Assembly: GCA_003223165.1 (NCBI GenBank)
Contig: QHXZ01000008.1
Span: forward strand, 1-49,168
Direction: 5' to 3'
Length of the DNA: 49,168 nucleotides
Source of the DNA: Acidobacteriota bacterium
GTDB lineage: Bacteria; Acidobacteriota; Polarisedimenticolia; Gp22-AA2
The translations under genes were made by a program, and so were the position numbers. The notes under the pieces are model-generated. The model saw only the letters and a list, made by a program, of their open reading frames with translations. It searched no databases and was not told the origin of the DNA. Positions 1 to 11,896 of the stretch are shown in pieces; the first letter of the stretch is position 1; the number at the start of each line of letters is the position of its first letter.

Positions 1-184
<184 letters not shown>

Positions 185-204
185 GGAGAGCGGGACCGAA
201 AGAC

Positions 205-531
<327 letters not shown>

Positions 532-538
532 GGGAGAC

Positions 539-1225
539 GTGGTCGAGGGTCTGATAGGCCGGAAGGTCGCCATGACGCAGGTGTTCGACGAGGAGGGGAG
601 CGCCATCCCCTGCACCGTGCTCCAGGCCGGGCCCTGCGTCGTGGTGCAGAGGCGGGAGAAGTCCAAGGACGGCTACGAGGCGGTCCAGCTCGGTCTCGTC
701 GAGGCGGTCAAGGTCAAGGGGGTCTCCAAGGCGCGTCAAGGGCACTTCGCCAAGGCGAACCTGCCGCCGACGCGCCGCCTGAAGGAGTTCCGGCTGCTGC
801 CCGGCGGCGACGGCCCGGCGGTCGGCGACAAGGTGCTGGTCTCGCTGTTCAAGATCAAGGACCACGTGGACGTGATCGGCGTCTCGAAGGGGAAGGGGTT
901 CCAGGGGGTCATGAAGCGGCACCACTTCCGGGGCGGTGCCGCCAGCCACGGCTCGATGTTCCACCGGGCCCCGGGCTCGATCGGGTCGTCGGCCTTTCCC
1001 TCGCGCACCTTCCGGGGCATGAGGATGGGCGGGCGGATGGGCGGTGACCGGGTGACGGTCAAGAACCTCGAGGTGCTGCGCGTGGACGAGGAGAACAACC
1101 TGCTCGTCCTGCGCGGCGCGGTCCCGGGGGCGCGCGGCGCCTTCCTGGCCGTGCGGCGCAGCCGGGCCCCGATCCGCGTCCCGAAGCCGCAGCCGGTCAA
1201 GGCCGCGGCGAAGAAGAAAGCGTGA
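539..1225 (+). CDS. rplC: 50S ribosomal protein L3
   Basis: GTG start. [20 protein letters not shown]...[16 protein letters not shown] is the L3 signature. The operon position fits. Confidence 0.96.
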   Translation: MVEGLIGRKVAMTQVFDEEGSAIPCTVLQAGPCVVVQRREKSKDGYEAVQLGLVEAVKVKGVSKARQGHFAKANLPPTRRLKEFRLLPGGDGPAVGDKVLVSLFKIKDHVDVIGVSKGKGFQGVMKRHHFRGGAASHGSMFHRAPGSIGSSAFPSRTFRGMRMGGRMGGDRVTVKNLEVLRVDEENNLLVLRGAVPGARGAFLAVRRSRAPIRVPKPQPVKAAAKKKA

Positions 1226-1229
1226 GGCG

Positions 1230-1856
1230 ATGGCGAAGCTGAAGGTGGTGACGCTCGACGGCAAGCCGGTGAAGGAGCTCGACCTGCCCGACGCCGTGTT
1301 CGCCTCGGCGCTGAACAGCCGGCTGATCCACGAGGCCGTGGTGGCCTACCGGGCGGCGGGCCGCGCCGGCACCCACGCCGCCAAGAACCGCTCCGATGTA
1401 CGCGGCGGCGGCAAGAAGCCCTGGAAGCAGAAGAAGACCGGACGGTCGCGCCACGGATCGATCCGCTCGCCGCTCTGGAAGGGAGGCGGCAAGGTGTTCG
1501 TGCCGCAGCCGCGTGACTACGCCTATGCCTTTCCGCGACGCAAGCGGCAAGGGGCGCTGCGCTCGGTGCTGTCGGAGAAGCTGCGCGATGGAAAGCTCGT
1601 GGTGGTCGAGTCGCTGGCCTTGCCCGCGCCCAGGACGCGCGACCTCATCGCGGCGGTGGGCGGGCTCGGCATCCAGGGCACGGCGCTCCTGGTGGACGAG
1701 CCGGTGCACCGCCACCTCGAGCTGTCGGCGCGCAACCTGCCCGGAGTCAAGGCGACCCTGGCGACGGCGCTGAACGTGGTCGACCTTCTGGCCCACGACA
1801 CCGTGGTCCTGAGCGAGGCGGCCGTCCAGCGCGTGTCGGAGGTCCTGAGCCCATGA
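1230..1856 (+). CDS. rplD: 50S ribosomal protein L4
   Basis: [19 protein letters not shown]...[29 protein letters not shown] is the L4 signature. Confidence 0.96.
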   Translation: MAKLKVVTLDGKPVKELDLPDAVFASALNSRLIHEAVVAYRAAGRAGTHAAKNRSDVRGGGKKPWKQKKTGRSRHGSIRSPLWKGGGKVFVPQPRDYAYAFPRRKRQGALRSVLSEKLRDGKLVVVESLALPAPRTRDLIAAVGGLGIQGTALLVDEPVHRHLELSARNLPGVKATLATALNVVDLLAHDTVVLSEAAVQRVSEVLSP

Positions 1857-2146
1857 GGGACGCGCGGCAGATCATCGTGGCCCCCCTGATCACCGAGAAG
1901 ACCACGCTCCTCAAGGAGAGCAAGGGGATCCTGGCCTTCCGCGTCGACCGCCGGGCGAACAAGATCGAGATCCGCCGGGCGGTGGAGACGCTCTTCAAGG
2001 TGAAGGTGGCCGGCGTGCGGACCGAGAACGTGCGGGGCAAGGAAAAGAGGGTCGGCCGCTACTCGGGCAAGCGCCCCGACTGGAAGAAGGCGTACGTGAT
2101 GCTGAAGCCGGGCGAGAAGCCGATCGAGTACTTCGAGGCCGTCTAG
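1853..2146 (+). CDS. rplW: 50S ribosomal protein L23
   Basis: The sequence ...[12 protein letters not shown]...[13 protein letters not shown] is L23-like. ATGA overlap with the rplD stop. Confidence 0.95.
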   Translation: MRDARQIIVAPLITEKTTLLKESKGILAFRVDRRANKIEIRRAVETLFKVKVAGVRTENVRGKEKRVGRYSGKRPDWKKAYVMLKPGEKPIEYFEAV

Positions 2147-2158
2147 GCGGAGCCGGAC

Positions 2159-2974
2159 ATGCCGATTCGCAATTACAGACCCACGTCGCCGAGCCGGCGG
2201 TTCATGTCGCTGACCGCCTTCGGGGACCTGACGGAGCGCCGCCCCCTGAAGAGGCTCACCAAGGGGAAGGTCCGCCGCGGCGGCCGCAACAACCTCGGCT
2301 GGATCGCCATCCGGCACCGGGGGGGCGGGCACAAGAGGACCTACCGCCAGATCGACTTCCGCCGGGACAAGAAGGACGTCCCCGGCAAGGTGGCGACCAT
2401 CGAGTACGACCCGAACCGCTCGGCGCGCATCGCCCTGGTCCACTACGCGGACGGCGAGAAGCGCTACATCCTGGCGCCCCTGGGACTGGCGGTGGGGCAG
2501 ACGATCGTGACCAGCCCCGCGGCGGACATCCTGGTGGGGAACACGCTGCCGCTGAAGAACATCCCGCTCGGCACGGCGATTCACAACATCGAGCTGAAGC
2601 CGGGCCGCGGCGGGCAGCTGGTGCGCAGCGCCGGCAGCGCGGCGCAGCTCCTGGCCAAGGACGCGGGCTGGGTGCAGATCAAGCTCCCCTCGGGGGAGAT
2701 CCGCCGGGTCATCGAGGGCTGCCAGGCGACCATCGGCCAGGTCGGCAACACCGATCACGAGAACATCTCCTCGGGCAAAGCGGGCCGCACGCGCTGGCTG
2801 GGGATCCGGCCCACGGTGCGCGGCGTGGCGATGAACCCGGTCGACCACCCGCTGGGCGGCGGCGAGGGCAAGACCTCGGGCGGCCGGCACCCGTGCACGC
2901 CGTGGGGCGTGCGCGAGAAGAAGACGCGCAACAACAAGCGGACGGACAAGTACGTCGTCCGCCGCAGGAAGTAG
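2159..2974 (+). CDS. rplB: 50S ribosomal protein L2
   Basis: [17 protein letters not shown]...[21 protein letters not shown] is the L2 signature. Confidence 0.97.
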   Translation: MPIRNYRPTSPSRRFMSLTAFGDLTERRPLKRLTKGKVRRGGRNNLGWIAIRHRGGGHKRTYRQIDFRRDKKDVPGKVATIEYDPNRSARIALVHYADGEKRYILAPLGLAVGQTIVTSPAADILVGNTLPLKNIPLGTAIHNIELKPGRGGQLVRSAGSAAQLLAKDAGWVQIKLPSGEIRRVIEGCQATIGQVGNTDHENISSGKAGRTRWLGIRPTVRGVAMNPVDHPLGGGEGKTSGGRHPCTPWGVREKKTRNNKRTDKYVVRRRK

Positions 2975-2982
2975 GGGGCGTC

Positions 2983-3312
2983 ATGGCACGCAGCATCAAG
3001 AAGGGGCCGCACGTGGATCCCGAGCTGAAACGGCGCATCGAAGAGATGAACCGGCGCTTCGAGAAGAAGGTCCTCAAGACCTGGTCGCGGCGCTCGACCA
3101 TCATCCCCGACATGGTGGGGCACACACTGGCCGTGCACAACGGGAAGAAGTTCATCCCGGTCTACATCTCCGAGAACATGGTCGGGCACAAGCTGGGCGA
3201 GTTCGCGCCCACGCGCACGTTCCGCGGGCACTCGCGGGCCGACTCGGCCGCGGCGGCCGCGGGCGCGCCGGCCGGCGCGCCGCCGGCGGGCGTCGTGCAG
3301 TCATCGCAGTAG
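2983..3312 (+). CDS. rpsS: 30S ribosomal protein S19 (with a short Ala/Pro-rich C-terminal tail)
   Basis: Internal ATG at 2983 of ORF 2893..3312 gives [12 protein letters not shown]...[32 protein letters not shown], which is S19. The upstream part of the ORF overlaps the rplB end and was discarded. Confidence 0.93.
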   Translation: MARSIKKGPHVDPELKRRIEEMNRRFEKKVLKTWSRRSTIIPDMVGHTLAVHNGKKFIPVYISENMVGHKLGEFAPTRTFRGHSRADSAAAAAGAPAGAPPAGVVQSSQ

Positions 3313-3327
3313 GGGGGAGGCGTCATC

Positions 3328-3876
3328 GTGCTGTCGCCGGATCATGTCTCGAGCGCGCGGCTCAGGTACCTGGGCACGTCGGCCCAGAAGGCGCGCCTGG
3401 TGGTCGACCTCATCCGCGGGCGCGCGGTCGGCGAGGCGCTCGCCACGCTGCGCTTCACCAAGAAGGCGGTGGCGCGCGACATCGGGCGGCTGCTCGACTC
3501 GGCGGTGGCCAATGCGCGGCAGAAGCGGCAGGACGTCGACGTCGACCGTCTGTATGTGCGCACCGCCTTCGTCGACGGGGGACCGTCCCTCAAGCGCATC
3601 CGGCCGGCCCCGATGGGGAGGGCCTTCCGCGTCCTGAAGCGGATGTGCCACGTCACCATCGCCCTGGACGAGCGGCCGCTGCCCCAGGCCCAGGCGCCGC
3701 GGGGGAAGCGCGCCGCGGGGGAGACCGGCTCCGCGGCGGGCGAGGCGGCGGCCCCGAGACGCCGCACGGGCGGCGCCCGCCGGGCGGCCGGCGCAGGATC
3801 GAGACGGAAGGGCGCCTCCGGCCGGACGGGCCGGAAGGGCGCGGGATCGGGAACGAAGCGCCGAAGGGAGAGGTGA
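3328..3876 (+). CDS. rplV: 50S ribosomal protein L22 with a ~65-aa Arg/Gly/Ala-rich C-terminal extension
   Basis: GTG start. The core is ...[31 protein letters not shown]...[24 protein letters not shown]. The tail from about nt 3670 is low-complexity and basic. Confidence 0.9.
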   Translation: MLSPDHVSSARLRYLGTSAQKARLVVDLIRGRAVGEALATLRFTKKAVARDIGRLLDSAVANARQKRQDVDVDRLYVRTAFVDGGPSLKRIRPAPMGRAFRVLKRMCHVTIALDERPLPQAQAPRGKRAAGETGSAAGEAAAPRRRTGGARRAAGAGSRRKGASGRTGRKGAGSGTKRRRER

Positions 3877-3880
3877 GAGC

Positions 3881-4546
3881 GTGGGTCAAAAGGTCCATCC
3901 GTACGGCTTCCGGCTCGGCTACAACCGGACCTGGCAGTCGCGCTGGTTCGACGAGAAGAACTACGCGAAGCTGCTGCACGAGGACGTGGATTTGCGCACC
4001 GAGCTGAAGAAGCGCCTGTCGCATGCGGGCGTGGCGCGCATCGACATCGAGCGCGCCGCGAACAAGCTCAAGATCAACATCCACACCTCGCGCCCGGGGA
4101 TCATCATCGGCCGCAAGGGCGCCGAGGTGGACAAGCTGCGCGACGACCTGCAGAAGAAGACCGGCCGGGAGATCTTCATCAACATCATGGAGATCCACAA
4201 GCCCGAGCTCGAGGCGCAGCTGGTGGCGGAATCGGTGGGGCTGCAGATGGAACGGCGCGTGGCGTTCCGCCGCGCCATGAAGAAGGCGATCGAGTCGGCC
4301 ATGCGCTTCGGGGCCAAGGGGGTCAAGCTGCGCGTTTCCGGCCGCCTGGGGGGCGCCGAGATCGCCCGCTCGGAGTGGTACCTGGAGGGGCAGCTGCCTT
4401 TGCACACGCTGCGGGCCGACATCGACTACGGCTTCGCCGAGGCGCGCACGACCTACGGACAGATCGGCGTGAAGTGCTGGATCTACAAGGGAGAGCTCAA
4501 GAGCTGGGTGCGCCCGCAGGACAGGCTGGGCCTGGCGCAGATTTGA
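3881..4546 (+). CDS. rpsC: 30S ribosomal protein S3
   Basis: GTG start. [23 protein letters not shown]...[14 protein letters not shown] is the S3 signature. Confidence 0.96.
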   Translation: MGQKVHPYGFRLGYNRTWQSRWFDEKNYAKLLHEDVDLRTELKKRLSHAGVARIDIERAANKLKINIHTSRPGIIIGRKGAEVDKLRDDLQKKTGREIFINIMEIHKPELEAQLVAESVGLQMERRVAFRRAMKKAIESAMRFGAKGVKLRVSGRLGGAEIARSEWYLEGQLPLHTLRADIDYGFAEARTTYGQIGVKCWIYKGELKSWVRPQDRLGLAQI

Positions 4547-4583
4547 GCCTTGGGGCGGCCCCGCGGGGCCCGGGTGAGACGCG

Positions 4584-4994
4584 ATGTTGATGCCGAAGAA
4601 GGTCAAGTACCGCAAGCAGATGCGCGGCCGCCGTCGCGGCAAGGCCTGGCGCGGCTCGACCATCGCCTTCGGCGACTACGGGCTCAAGGTCACGGAGTGC
4701 GGCTGGGTGACCGACAAGCAGATCGAGGCGGCGCGCATCGCCATGACGCGCTTCGTCAAGCGCGGCGGGAAGATCTGGGTGCGCATCTTCCCGGACAAGC
4801 CGATCACCAAGAAACCGGCCGAGACCCGCATGGGCAAGGGGAAGGGGGCGCCGGAGGGCTGGGTCGCCGTGGTGAAGCCCGGGCGGGTGCTGTACGAGAT
4901 GGAAGGGGTGACCGAGGAGGTGGCGCGCCAGGCGCTGCGCCTGGCGTCCCACAAGATCGGCCTCAGGACGATGTTCGTGCACCGGGGAATCTGA
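4584..4994 (+). CDS. rplP: 50S ribosomal protein L16
   Basis: [21 protein letters not shown]...[24 protein letters not shown] is the L16 signature. Confidence 0.96.
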   Translation: MLMPKKVKYRKQMRGRRRGKAWRGSTIAFGDYGLKVTECGWVTDKQIEAARIAMTRFVKRGGKIWVRIFPDKPITKKPAETRMGKGKGAPEGWVAVVKPGRVLYEMEGVTEEVARQALRLASHKIGLRTMFVHRGI

Positions 4995-4996
4995 CC

Positions 4997-5206
4997 ATGC
5001 CTCAGGTCAAGGCCAGGCAGCTGCGCGAGAAGAGCGTCGAGGAACTGCGCACGCAGGAGGAGACCCTGCGGGAGCAGATCTTCAAGCTGCGCTTCCAGAA
5101 GGCGACCGGCCAGTCCGAGAACCCGCAGCGCGTCTCTCTCGTGCGCAAGGAGCTCGCCCGCGTGCTCACCGTCCTGAGAGAGAAAGAGGCCGGAGGCGGC
5201 GCGTAG
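4997..5206 (+). CDS. rpmC: 50S ribosomal protein L29
   Basis: ATG at 4997 inside ORF 4550..5206 gives MPQVKARQLREKSVEELRTQEETLREQIFKLRFQKATGQ, which is L29. The position after rplP fits. Confidence 0.93.
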   Translation: MPQVKARQLREKSVEELRTQEETLREQIFKLRFQKATGQSENPQRVSLVRKELARVLTVLREKEAGGGA

Positions 5207-5216
5207 CGCCCGGGAG

Positions 5217-5516
5217 ATGATGATGGACCAGCAGCAGGACCCGCAGGGAAGCGGCGCCGCGCGCGGCCGCCGGCAGGAGAAGCAGGGCACGGTGGTGCGC
5301 GACAAGATGGCCAAGACCGTCGTGGTGGAGGTGGCCCGCCTGGTCATGGACCCGCTGTACGGCAAGTACCTGCGGCGCCGCTCCCGCTTCATGGCGCACG
5401 ACGAGAAGAACGAGTGCAAGGTGGGCGACCGGGTGCGGATCGAGGAGTGCCGGCCGCTGTCCCGGCACAAGCGCTGGATCGTGAAAGAGATCGTGGAGAA
5501 GGCGGCCGCCGACTGA
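5217..5516 (+). CDS. rpsQ: 30S ribosomal protein S17
   Basis: The sequence ...[61 protein letters not shown] is S17-like. The exact start among the three leading Met codons is uncertain. Confidence 0.92.
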   Translation: MMMDQQQDPQGSGAARGRRQEKQGTVVRDKMAKTVVVEVARLVMDPLYGKYLRRRSRFMAHDEKNECKVGDRVRIEECRPLSRHKRWIVKEIVEKAAAD

Positions 5517-5568
5517 GGGCGGCTCAGGGGCGCGGCCGGGCCGCGCGCGAAGGGACGGGGAGCACGAC

Positions 5569-5937
5569 ATGATCCAGATGCGGACGATCCTCGAGGTCGC
5601 CGACAACTCCGGCGCGAAGCGGATCTCCTGCATCCACACGCGGGGGCGATCGATCAACTTCTACGGGCGCATCGGGGATGTCATCACGGCGAACGTCAAG
5701 GAGGCGATCCCCGAGGGGAACGTGAAGAAGGGCCAGGTGGTCAAGGCGGTGATCGTCCGCATGAACAAGACCCAGAAGCGCAAGGACGGCACCTACATCC
5801 GCTTCGACCAGAACGCGGCGGTCCTGATCAACGACGCCGGAGAGCCGATCGGCACGCGCATCTTCGGGCCGGTCGCTCGCGAGCTGCGCGAGAAGAACTT
5901 CATGAAGATCGTCTCGCTGGCGCCGGAGGTGATCTGA
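5569..5937 (+). CDS. rplN: 50S ribosomal protein L14
   Basis: [22 protein letters not shown]... is the L14 signature. Confidence 0.97.
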   Translation: MIQMRTILEVADNSGAKRISCIHTRGRSINFYGRIGDVITANVKEAIPEGNVKKGQVVKAVIVRMNKTQKRKDGTYIRFDQNAAVLINDAGEPIGTRIFGPVARELREKNFMKIVSLAPEVI

Positions 5938-5939
5938 GC

Positions 5940-6287
5940 ATGGCGGCGGGCACGGTGGCGGCGGGCGGCCTGCACGTGCGGCGCAACGACACGGTCCTGG
6001 TGCTGGCCGGCAAGAGCCGGGGGCGCACGGGGCGCGTGCTGCGGGTCTTTCCGTCGGAGCGGCGGGCGATCGTGGAGGGGGTCAACTTCGTGCGCAAGCA
6101 CACCAAGGCGAACCCCCAGAAGAACATCAAGGGCGGCATCCTGGAGCGGGAGGCGCCCGTGGACGCCTCGAATCTCATGGTGGTGTGCGGCGAGTGCCAG
6201 AAGCCCACGCGGATCGGGCACCGGATGCTGGAGGACGGCAAGAAGGTTCGCGTCTGCCGTCGCTGCGACGGCGTTTTGGACAAATAG
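5940..6287 (+). CDS. rplX: 50S ribosomal protein L24
   Basis: The sequence ...VRRNDTVLVLAGKSRGRTGRVLRVF... is the KOW motif of L24. The operon position fits. Confidence 0.93.
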   Translation: MAAGTVAAGGLHVRRNDTVLVLAGKSRGRTGRVLRVFPSERRAIVEGVNFVRKHTKANPQKNIKGGILEREAPVDASNLMVVCGECQKPTRIGHRMLEDGKKVRVCRRCDGVLDK

Positions 6288-6296
6288 GGATAGACG

Positions 6297-6887
6297 ATGG
6301 CTCAGGCTCAGCAGGCGACGGCGGCACCACCGGCAGGGCGTTACGTCCCCCGGTTGAAGCAGGCCTACAAGGGGGAGGTGGTGCGCCAGATGATGGAGCG
6401 CTTCGGGTACAAGAACCCGCTGGCGGTCCCGCGGCTGCACAAGATCGTGGTCAACATGGGCGTGGGCGAGGCCACGCAGAACATCAAGATTCTCGACGCC
6501 GCGGTGGAGCAGCTGGCAGCGATCACGGGCCAGAGGCCCGTCGTGCGCCGGGCGCGCAAGTCGATCGCCAACTTCAAGATCCGGGAAAAGATGCCGATCG
6601 GCTGCAGCGTGACGCTGCGCGGTGACCGGATGTACGATTTCTTCGACCGGCTCGTGTCGATCGCGCTGCCGCGCGTGCGGGACTTCCGCGGACTTCCGAC
6701 CAAGTCCTTCGATGGCCGGGGAAACTACACCATCGGCCTCAAGGACCAGCTGGTATTCCTGGAGATCAATTACTCCAAGGTCGACAAAGTGCACGGCATG
6801 AACGTGACGGTGGTGACGACCGCCGAGACGGACGAGGAGGCCAGGAATCTCCTGGCCTTCCTGGGGATGCCCTTCCGCAAGGACTAG
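6297..6887 (+). CDS. rplE: 50S ribosomal protein L5
   Basis: The sequence ...[42 protein letters not shown]... is the L5 signature. Confidence 0.96.
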   Translation: MAQAQQATAAPPAGRYVPRLKQAYKGEVVRQMMERFGYKNPLAVPRLHKIVVNMGVGEATQNIKILDAAVEQLAAITGQRPVVRRARKSIANFKIREKMPIGCSVTLRGDRMYDFFDRLVSIALPRVRDFRGLPTKSFDGRGNYTIGLKDQLVFLEINYSKVDKVHGMNVTVVTTAETDEEARNLLAFLGMPFRKD

Positions 6888-6912
6888 GCGGGAGCTTTCG
6901 AGGGACAGGACG

Positions 6913-7098
6913 ATGGCGACACAGGCATGGATGGCGGCGATGAGGAAGAAGCAGAAGTTCGCCATCAGGTACCGCAACCGCTGCAAACGGTGCGGCCGGG
7001 CGCGCGGCTTCCTGCGCCGGTTCGAGATGTGCCGCATCTGCTTCCGGAACCTGGCGCTGCAAGGGCTGGTTCCGGGAGTCACGAAGTCGAGCTGGTGA
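6913..7098 (+). CDS. rpsZ: 30S ribosomal protein S14, zinc-ribbon type Z (61 aa)
   Basis: [61 protein letters not shown]. It is the short form with CxxC...CxxC. Confidence 0.95.
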   Translation: MATQAWMAAMRKKQKFAIRYRNRCKRCGRARGFLRRFEMCRICFRNLALQGLVPGVTKSSW

Positions 7099-7108
7099 CG
7101 GGGGACCC

Positions 7109-7501
7109 ATGACCGATCCGATCGCAGACATGCTGACGCGCATCCGCAACGCAGTGCGCGCCCGCCACCCGCGGGTGGAGATCCCGCACTCCCGGCACAA
7201 GCTCGGCATCGCCCAGATCCTGAAGGGCGAGGGGTACGTCGGCGACGTGTCGGTGGTGGAGAAGGGGAAGTTCAAGGTGATCCGCGTCGCCCTGCGCTAC
7301 GACCCGGACGGCAACGCGATCATCACGGGGCTCACGATGGTCAGCCGCCCCGGCCGGCGCATCTACGCCGGGCACGAGGAGATCCCCCCGGTCATGGGGG
7401 GGATCGGCCTGACGATCCTCTCGACCCCCAAGGGGCTGATGAGCGGGCAGGATGCCCGCAAGGCGGGCGTGGGCGGCGAGATCGTGTGCAACGTCTGGTG
7501 A
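7109..7501 (+). CDS. rpsH: 30S ribosomal protein S8
   Basis: MTDPIADMLTRIRNAVRARH... is the S8 signature. Confidence 0.97.
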   Translation: MTDPIADMLTRIRNAVRARHPRVEIPHSRHKLGIAQILKGEGYVGDVSVVEKGKFKVIRVALRYDPDGNAIITGLTMVSRPGRRIYAGHEEIPPVMGGIGLTILSTPKGLMSGQDARKAGVGGEIVCNVW

Positions 7502-7511
7502 GGAGGAGCGG

Positions 7512-8075
7512 ATGTCGCGGATAGGGCGAGCGCCCATCACCGTCCCCGGCGGGGTGAGCGTCAAGGTGCAGGGGCAGAGCGTGGTCGTCGAGAAGGGGAA
7601 GGCCTCGATCGCCAACCCGCTGCCGCCGGGGATTGCCTGCAGCGTCGGCGCCGGAGTCGTCTCGTTCACGCGCGCAGGCGACACCCGGCAGCTGCGCGCC
7701 CTTCACGGCCTGACGCGGGCCCTGGTGGCGAACGCCGTCAAGGGGGTGCACGAAGGGTTCACCCGCGAGCTCGACATCGTCGGCATCGGCTACAAGGCCC
7801 AGGTGCAGGGGCGCGTGCTGCAGCTCGCCCTCGGTTACTCGCACCCGATCGACTTCCCGCTCCCCGAGGGGATCGAGATCAAGGTCGACAAGCAGACCCA
7901 CCTCGTCGTCAGCGGCGCCGACCGCCAGAAGGTCGGCCAGGTGGCCGCCGAGATCCGCGGCCTGCGACCGCCGGAGCCGTACAAGGGGAAGGGCATCAAG
8001 TACGTGGACGAGGTGATCAAGAAGAAGGCCGGCAAGGCCGGCAAGACGGGCGCCGGCACGGCGGCGGGGGCGTAG
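7512..8075 (+). CDS. rplF: 50S ribosomal protein L6
   Basis: ATG at 7512 is preceded by aggaggag. [21 protein letters not shown]... is L6. The earlier part of ORF 7452..8075 overlaps rpsH. Confidence 0.95.
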   Translation: MSRIGRAPITVPGGVSVKVQGQSVVVEKGKASIANPLPPGIACSVGAGVVSFTRAGDTRQLRALHGLTRALVANAVKGVHEGFTRELDIVGIGYKAQVQGRVLQLALGYSHPIDFPLPEGIEIKVDKQTHLVVSGADRQKVGQVAAEIRGLRPPEPYKGKGIKYVDEVIKKKAGKAGKTGAGTAAGA

Positions 8076-8077
8076 AC

Positions 8078-8437
8078 ATGGTGCGCGAGAGCGACAAGGG
8101 CCGGGCGCGCGAGAAACGGCACGCGCGCGTGCGCGCGCGGGTGACCGGCTCTTCGGCGCGGCCGCGGCTGTGCGTCTTCCGCAGCCTGAAGCATCTGTAC
8201 GTCCAGGCGGTGGATGACCTGCGCGGCGCGACGGTCGCCAGCGCTTCCACGATCGAGGTGGAGGGGAGCGCGGGGAAGGGGAACATCGCGGCCGCCGGGA
8301 AGGTCGGCGCGCTGATCGCCGCCCGGCTGAGGGAGAAGGGGCTCGAGACGGTGGTGTTCGACCGCGGCGGGTACCTGTACCACGGGCGGGTCAAGGCGGT
8401 GGCGGACGCGGCGCGCGCCGCCGGGCTGAAGTTCTAG
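8078..8437 (+). CDS. rplR: 50S ribosomal protein L18
   Basis: The sequence ...[35 protein letters not shown]...[22 protein letters not shown] is L18. Confidence 0.95.
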   Translation: MVRESDKGRAREKRHARVRARVTGSSARPRLCVFRSLKHLYVQAVDDLRGATVASASTIEVEGSAGKGNIAAAGKVGALIAARLREKGLETVVFDRGGYLYHGRVKAVADAARAAGLKF

Positions 8438-8468
8438 CGGAGTCCCGCGCGAGGGACAGAGGTCGAGG

Positions 8469-8969
8469 GTGGCCAAGATCAAATCGGACGGTCTGGATCT
8501 GAAGGACCAGGTGGTGCACATCAACCGCGTGACCAAGGTCGTCAAGGGGGGCAAGAATTTCCGCTTCTCGGCGCTGGTCGTCGTGGGGGACGGGCACGGC
8601 CACGTCGGGTACGGCGCCGGCAAGGCGAAAGAGGTCCCGCAGGCGATCGCCAAGGGGATCGAGCGGGCCAAGCGAAACCTGATCCGGGTCCCCCTCAAAG
8701 GGGCGACGATCCCGCACCCGATCCTGGGAACCTTCGGGGCCGGCCAGGTGCTGCTGAAGCCGGCCTCGCCCGGCACCGGCGTGATCGCCGGAGGGGCGGT
8801 GCGGGCGGTCGTCGAGTCGGCCGGCATCCAGGACGTCCTGACGAAGTCCCTCGGCACGACCAACCCGCACAACGTGGTGAAGGCGACCTTCGACGGATTG
8901 ATGAAGCTGAGGGACCCGGCGGCCCACCAGCTGCGCCGCAGGGTCGCGGCGGAGCCGGCCGATGCCTAG
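8469..8969 (+). CDS. rpsE: 30S ribosomal protein S5
   Basis: GTG start. The sequence ...[46 protein letters not shown] is S5. Confidence 0.95.
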   Translation: MAKIKSDGLDLKDQVVHINRVTKVVKGGKNFRFSALVVVGDGHGHVGYGAGKAKEVPQAIAKGIERAKRNLIRVPLKGATIPHPILGTFGAGQVLLKPASPGTGVIAGGAVRAVVESAGIQDVLTKSLGTTNPHNVVKATFDGLMKLRDPAAHQLRRRVAAEPADA

Positions 8970-9381
8970 CACGAGGAAGCCGGCGCGGGCGCCGAGGGAC
9001 GCGAAGTCGAAGGCCGGGAAGCCTTCCGGCAAAGGGTCCGGGCCGAGGGCTCGCCGGACCGCCTCGCCCTCCAGGGAGGCGGGACGCGCGCCGGCGCCGG
9101 ACGCGGCACGCGCGGCGGAGGCCGCCGTCACCGCGGAAGCCCCGGCGAAGGGCGTCGCGGCCCCCGCCGGGCGACCGGCGCGCCGCGCCAAGCCGGCGGC
9201 GGGCAAGACGATCACCGTGCTCCAGGTGCGCAGCGGGATCCAGTGCCCCATCCGCCAGAAGCGCATCCTGAGATCCCTGGGGCTGCGGCACCCGCATCAC
9301 AAGGTGATCCGGCCCGACAACCCGGCGGTGCGCGGCATGGTGAACGCCATCCGGCACCTCGTGCAGATCGTGGAGGCATAG
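8962..9381 (+). CDS. rpmD: 50S ribosomal protein L30 with an ~80-aa Ala/Pro/Lys/Arg-rich N-terminal extension
   Basis: The C-terminal 58 aa, [58 protein letters not shown], form the L30 fold. The only in-frame start codon I can see upstream of the core is ATG 8962, which overlaps the rpsE end by 8 nt. Confidence 0.8.
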   Translation: MPSTRKPARAPRDAKSKAGKPSGKGSGPRARRTASPSREAGRAPAPDAARAAEAAVTAEAPAKGVAAPAGRPARRAKPAAGKTITVLQVRSGIQCPIRQKRILRSLGLRHPHHKVIRPDNPAVRGMVNAIRHLVQIVEA

Positions 9382-9385
9382 GGCG

Positions 9386-9865
9386 ATGGCCCGCATCGGA
9401 CTTTTCAACCTGAAGCCGGCGCCGGGATCCCGCCGCAAGGTGAAGCGGATCGGGCGGGGGCCCGGGTCGGGGCACGGCAAGACCGCCACCGCCGGCAGCA
9501 AGGGCCAGCTGTCGCGCTCCGGGCGTAAGCAGTACTTCGGCTTCGAGGGCGGCCAGATGCCGCTGCACCGACGCCTGCCGAAGCGCGGCTTCACCAACAT
9601 CTTCCGCAAGGAGTACGCCGTGGTCAACGTGGGCGACCTGGCGGCGCTCGAGGGGGAGATCACTCCGGAGCGGCTCGTGAGCGAGGGGCTGGTGAGGAAG
9701 CTGCGCGACGGGATCAAGGTGCTGGGCGATGGCGAGGTCGGCAAGGCCCTGGTGATCAAGGCGCATCGCTTCAGCAAGTCGGCCCTGGAGAAGATCGCGC
9801 GCGCGGGCGGCCGGGCCGAGGTGATCGGAGCGCCGGCAGCCGGCGCGGGCACGCGAAAAGCATGA
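9386..9865 (+). CDS. rplO: 50S ribosomal protein L15
   Basis: The sequence ...[33 protein letters not shown]... is the L15 signature. Confidence 0.96.
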   Translation: MARIGLFNLKPAPGSRRKVKRIGRGPGSGHGKTATAGSKGQLSRSGRKQYFGFEGGQMPLHRRLPKRGFTNIFRKEYAVVNVGDLAALEGEITPERLVSEGLVRKLRDGIKVLGDGEVGKALVIKAHRFSKSALEKIARAGGRAEVIGAPAAGAGTRKA

Positions 9866-11211
9866 TCGATTCGATCAAGAACATCTTCAGCATCCCGGAC
9901 CTGCGCAAGAGGGTGGTGTTCACCTTCATGATGCTGGCCGTCTACCGCGTCGGCGGGCACATCCCCGTGCCGGGGATCAACTTCCTGGCCCTGGAAGCCT
10001 TCTTCCGCCAGCAGGGCGGCGGCATCCTGGGGTTCCTGGACCTGTTCTCGGGCGGCAACCTGCGGCGTCTGACGATCTTCGCGCTCGGGATCATGCCGTA
10101 CATTTCGGCGTCGATCATCCTGCAGCTCCTGACGGTCATCTGGCCCTACCTCGAGAAGCTTTCGAAGGAGGGCGAGGTCGGCCGCAAGAAGATCACGCAG
10201 TACACGCGCTACGGCACGGTGGTCCTGTCGGTCATCCAGTCCCTGGGCATCGCCTTCTGGCTGGAGAGCCTCGGCGGGGCGGGCGGCGGGCGGGTCGTGA
10301 CCTCTCCGGGATGGGGCTTCCGCATGCTGACCGTCCTCACCCTGACGACCGGCACCGCCTTCATCATGTGGGTGGGCGAGCAGATCTCCGACCGCGGCAT
10401 CGGAAACGGGATCTCGCTCATCATCTACGCGGGCATCATCGTGGGGCTGCCGAACGCCGTGGTGACGCTGTACCAGGACGTGACCACCGGCAACCTCGGA
10501 GTGCTGAGCGTCGTCCTGCTGGTCGCGATGATGGTGCTGGTGGTGGCGGCGATCGTCTGGGTCGAGCGGGCCCAGAGGAAGATCCCGGTGCAATACGCCC
10601 GGCGAGTGGTCGGACGCCGGATGTACGGCGGCATGCAGACGCACATGCCGCTGCGGCTCAACACGGGCGGCGTCATCCCGGTCATCTTCGCCTCCTCGGT
10701 CCTGGCCTTCCCGCTGACGTTCATGCAGTGGCTGGGCGTGCAGGACAAGCCGTGGCTGGCGAGCATCTACCGGCAGCTCGACTACAACATGCCGCTGCAC
10801 AACCTGCTCTACCTCGTGGACCCGATGGACGTGGCCGACAACATGAAGAAGTACGGAGGGTTCATCCCGGGCATCCGGCCGGGCCGGCGCACCGCCGAGT
10901 TCATCGACACGATCCTGACCCGGCTGACGTTCGTCGGGGCGATCTACCTCGGCCTCATCGCCCTGCTTCCGACGGTGCTGATCAACGGCCTCAACGTGCA
11001 GGCGCTTCCTCTGATAGGCCCGAGGCTCGATCCGTTTCTTCCGGGGTTCCTGACGCAGGGGCTGGGGGTGAAGTTCTACTTCGGCGGGACGTCGCTTCTG
11101 ATCGTGGTGGGCGTGGCGATGGACACGATCCAGCAGGTGGAGTCGCAGCTCATCATGAGGCACTACGACGGCTTCCTGAAGGGCGCGAGGATCCGCGGAC
11201 GGCGCGGCTGA
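9862..11211 (+). CDS. secY: Preprotein translocase subunit SecY
   Basis: 449 aa and multi-TM. It contains ...[17 protein letters not shown]... and ...[27 protein letters not shown] overlap with rplO. Confidence 0.97.
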   Translation: MIDSIKNIFSIPDLRKRVVFTFMMLAVYRVGGHIPVPGINFLALEAFFRQQGGGILGFLDLFSGGNLRRLTIFALGIMPYISASIILQLLTVIWPYLEKLSKEGEVGRKKITQYTRYGTVVLSVIQSLGIAFWLESLGGAGGGRVVTSPGWGFRMLTVLTLTTGTAFIMWVGEQISDRGIGNGISLIIYAGIIVGLPNAVVTLYQDVTTGNLGVLSVVLLVAMMVLVVAAIVWVERAQRKIPVQYARRVVGRRMYGGMQTHMPLRLNTGGVIPVIFASSVLAFPLTFMQWLGVQDKPWLASIYRQLDYNMPLHNLLYLVDPMDVADNMKKYGGFIPGIRPGRRTAEFIDTILTRLTFVGAIYLGLIALLPTVLINGLNVQALPLIGPRLDPFLPGFLTQGLGVKFYFGGTSLLIVVGVAMDTIQQVESQLIMRHYDGFLKGARIRGRRG

Positions 11212-11218
11212 GGCGAGG

Positions 11219-11896
11219 ATGCCGTCACCGGCGGGAACGGCCCGGCGCCTGGCCCTGTTCGGGGCTCCGGGAGTCGGGAAGGGCGTGCAGGCCGCGGCGC
11301 TGCGGGAACGGCTGGGAGTGCCGCACGTCTCGACGGGGGACATGCTGAGGGCGGCCGTCAAGGACGGCTCGCCCCTGGGGCGGAAGGTGCGGGCCATCCT
11401 CGAGCGCGGCGGGCTGGTCCCGGACGAGGTGGTCGGCGATCTGATCCGGGAGCGTCTGGGACGCCCGGACGCGGGCGACGGATTCGTGCTCGACGGGTTC
11501 CCGCGGACGGTGCCCCAGGCGGATCTGCTGGACCGGGTTCTGGCCGGGCGAGGCCGGGCGCTGGACCGGGCGATCAACATCGTGGTGCCGGAGCCGGAGA
11601 TCCTGGACCGGCTGACGGGACGGCGGGTCTGCCCCGAGTGCGGGGCGACCTACCACGTGCGCCACAACCCGCCGCGGGTGGAGGGCCGCTGCGATGCCTG
11701 CGGCGGCGCGTTACGCCAGCGGGAGGATGACACGGAGCCGGTCATCGCCGAGAGGTTGCGCGTGTACCAGGAGCAGACTTCGCCCCTGATCGAGCGCTAC
11801 CAGCGGCGGGGCGTGCTCCTGACGGTGGACGGACGGGGCAGGCCCGAGGAGGTGACCGCCCGCATCGTGGCGGCCCTGCCCGGGCAAGGCGGATGA
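11219..11896 (+). CDS. adk: Adenylate kinase (zinc-lid type)
   Basis: The P-loop is [14 protein letters not shown]. The lid is [26 protein letters not shown]. Confidence 0.95.
   Translation: MPSPAGTARRLALFGAPGVGKGVQAAALRERLGVPHVSTGDMLRAAVKDGSPLGRKVRAILERGGLVPDEVVGDLIRERLGRPDAGDGFVLDGFPRTVPQADLLDRVLAGRGRALDRAINIVVPEPEILDRLTGRRVCPECGATYHVRHNPPRVEGRCDACGGALRQREDDTEPVIAERLRVYQEQTSPLIERYQRRGVLLTVDGRGRPEEVTARIVAALPGQGG

Noticed and set aside
8695-11580. A 961-aa ORF on the minus strand, antisense to rpsE, rpmD, rplO, secY and adk.
   Set aside because: Its product is Arg/Pro/Gly/Ala-rich low complexity, which is typical of stop-free antisense frames in very GC-rich DNA. The plus-strand genes are unambiguous universal proteins.
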